Positions 63,501 through 64,000 of a stretch of 64,000 nt of DNA are shown piece after piece; the first letter of the stretch is position 1; the number at the start of each line of letters is the position of its first letter. Origin of the DNA: a virus (Duplodnaviria; Caudoviricetes). Location of the stretch: positions 8,944 through 72,943 of IMG/VR virus record IMGVR_UViG_3300009873_000008; one strand, 5' to 3'. The notes beneath the pieces are model-generated. The model saw only the letters and a program-made list of their open reading frames with translations, ran no database searches and had not been told where the DNA came from. The translations under genes and the position numbers were made by a program.

Positions 63501-63845
63501 CTTACCCCAACCAATCGCGCCGGTGAGGATCGCCTCGTGGTAGTCGCCCTCGAACAACTCGGCCATGTCATCGCGCAGTTGCGGATACATGTCCTTGCCG
63601 GTCTCGCCGACGAGTTCCTCGTTCATGAGCCACTCACGAACGGGAACCGGGTTCTCCTCCCACTCGATCTTGGAGACCTCATCTACGATCTGTGATCGAC
63701 CGGTCTGCTGCCACTGATCCAGAATCTTGCGGAGCATGATCTGCTCGCGCTCGTTGAGCGAATTGGCCTGCTTGGCGGCGATTTTCTTTCTCTCGTCGCG
63801 AGTTCTGATGCTGCGCCAGCGCCCGTTGTCTTGAATGATCGACAC
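60579..63845 (-). CDS. terL: Terminase large subunit (intein-containing precursor; 668 aa after splicing)
   Basis: Walker A GAIGWGKD, Walker B AIVDE, nuclease HIDMA...MDQY...KDLADA. Confidence 0.9.
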   Translation of the reverse strand: MSIIQDNGRWRSIRTRDERKKIAAKQANSLNEREQIMLRKILDQWQQTGRSQIVDEVSKIEWEENPVPVREWLMNEELVGETGKDMYPQLRDDMAELFEGDYHEAILTGAIGWGKDFFATTACMRMLYELNCLKNPQHTLGLAEGEPIHIVPISRTVAAARRVVFGGICKKLALSKWFLGKYEETMEEIRFRKKGIYIVGGASQDAAALGLNVIFAIVDECVTADTQILTPDGYFPVSDLHDSSKNDGLTYGPIVVYNEKTGEGQVDAGFIRPASVAEVFEVEFDDGRTIKVTERHPFLVRRPWSDLDYVFLKDLKPGDEVIVVDPARPEWGKQPILREDAHAGGQGQDGRGDASPSDGHEEVTRDAREDQTREHQDEGEEGRDSGGRSAGRGTGSLRDGRAREAETADRPLGVERAAGWRVASHEEALVGSSLPGPDDRYQASLLSQPGVEGEDRGSEHEAEGSVQALRGDEAEDQQELGLESEEGRLHLPGLGGDEEGSAEAWSDEDRLPVEVGAASDAALGRMLVRSQFPVRTAGRSLHLGGEAAVHDPRLPGDDDGRVDRDGGDQAARLHLQREGTSQGRRLLAVLHALGLEVRSVGRATSVARVVAVRSAGRHQTYDVMSLPGGNFVANGLVVHNTNFMGEGKVATGSASAKAEDKATMIYNALARRVKARYKRHGVKGLIMLVSSKRSTNDFTERRIRTAAEDDDEGVGVFVRDYAIWNVHPEPYRGQKWYRVSVNSKEGRCKLLEKEDEEALPGSLIFKIPEDYLSEFRNDPDGATRDIAGIATDFVGRLFITRRPAIDQMFDRRRLNLFRQPEWTTHQTLQVNWAKLMTRNANDEPIPICCQTANRHAHIDMATTQCACGLVTGHVAGTTEVWRRNPETNERVLENAPVIHVDGVLRALAPDGGDIDHGEVRGVIYQCISGGMPIRSVSMDQYMSPPNLQMFKRRGLKTEEVGERVARMKPYLMLRQAIYEQRIICPYHPVLDKELKELEIGEDGKKIKHPPKGSKDLADALAGLVYYLTEHGKTGDPLGPMRGQMVIDSPGAGPQWSNGEVLWPDEDEDAIEGRRYDPTGGEFNSWIVI
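61926..63185 (-). mobile_element. Intein, 420 aa, inserted at Walker B DE|T
   Basis: Starts CVTADTQILT, block B VTERHPF, block F TYDV, ends VVHN followed by Thr. Confidence 0.95.
61976..62878 (-). CDS. NUMOD3-repeat plus PD-(D/E)XK (TnsA-like) endonuclease in the +1 frame inside the intein
   Basis: NPFFGKMHTPEAKAKM, HSPESKAKI, HSEETKQKI; FRSKWE...FRYEP...IPDFLV...MVEIKP; GAGGTGAT SD before TTG. Confidence 0.85.
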   Translation of the reverse strand: MSTQPDRSGASNPFFGKMHTPEAKAKMAEATRRRQTGTKKSPETREKIRLANIRTKARKAGIPVDGVPDAELEAFVTAERAKRKPPTDPWESSERRAGASLRMKKRWSDPAFRDRMIATKQAFSHSPESKAKIAAANTKRKGVFKHSEETKQKISRNSVWRAKKGDFTYLGWAETKKGQPKPGQTKIGFRSKWEQRAMLLLDECSSVLSFRYEPLGVPYIWEGKQRFTIPDFLVTMTDGSIVMVEIKPRGFTYNAKERAKAAACSQFCTLSGWKYEVWDERRLWPGLSQSEVRDAIRRMT

Positions 63846-63848
63846 GCG

Positions 63849-64000
63849 CTACTCGCCGTCCGGGCTGTCGTCGGCCGGATCGTCGTTGTCGGGGATCATC
63901 TCGACTGGCGTCGAGTGAAGCGCCTCGCCGCTCGCAGCCACACCATCGGTCATGCCGGTGCTGATGAGCTTGAAGGCCGCGTCCAGCACCTTGCGGCGCG
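63849..64000 (-). CDS. 3' end of the gene upstream of terL (possible small terminase), partial
   Basis: Open frame RRKVLDAAFKLISTG...DSPDGE*; identity inferred from position only. Confidence 0.35.
   Translation of the reverse strand, partial: RRKVLDAAFKLISTGMTDGVAASGEALHSTPVEMIPDNDDPADDSPDGE

Noticed and set aside
1-64000. tRNA, rRNA or integrase genes; bacterial chromosomal origin
   Set aside because: No cloverleaf or recombinase motifs were seen in the short intergenic gaps (tRNAscan not run); gene content and density fit a lytic large phage.

Overview
A 64-kb slice of a large, high-GC (roughly two-thirds G+C by eye) tailed-phage genome; no integrase, tRNA or CRISPR-cas was seen. From right to left (mostly minus strand): an intein-containing terminase large subunit (60.6-63.8 kb); a block of probable virion or internal-head proteins (44.5-60 kb) including a 2061-aa protein with a kinase-like and a possible ADP-ribosyltransferase-like domain; nucleotide metabolism genes (dNMP kinase, class II ribonucleotide reductase NrdJ, HAD phosphatase, ThyX, dCTP deaminase, Nudix, RNase H, thermonuclease); and about 35 kb of small accessory ORFs on both strands. 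Main observations: (1) a 9-residue amphipathic motif recurs in about 26 unrelated accessory proteins, 14 of them near the C-terminus; (2) the terminase intein carries its endonuclease in the +1 frame, with the intein frame kept open; (3) a homing-endonuclease cassette sits between a diverged, truncated 5' copy of thyX and an intact thyX; (4) two further shared peptide tags (LxRRPLLTLE; LxEA[IV]xxFR[SA]LDE) suggest protein-sorting or processing signals; (5) a GGG-TAGAAC-like -10 element lies exactly 6 nt before many start codons, implying leaderless transcription; (6) a stand-alone intein-like ORF runs off the left edge. All domain calls are from motif recognition by eye, not database searches; several start codons were reassigned by hand from overlaps and SD or promoter motifs.
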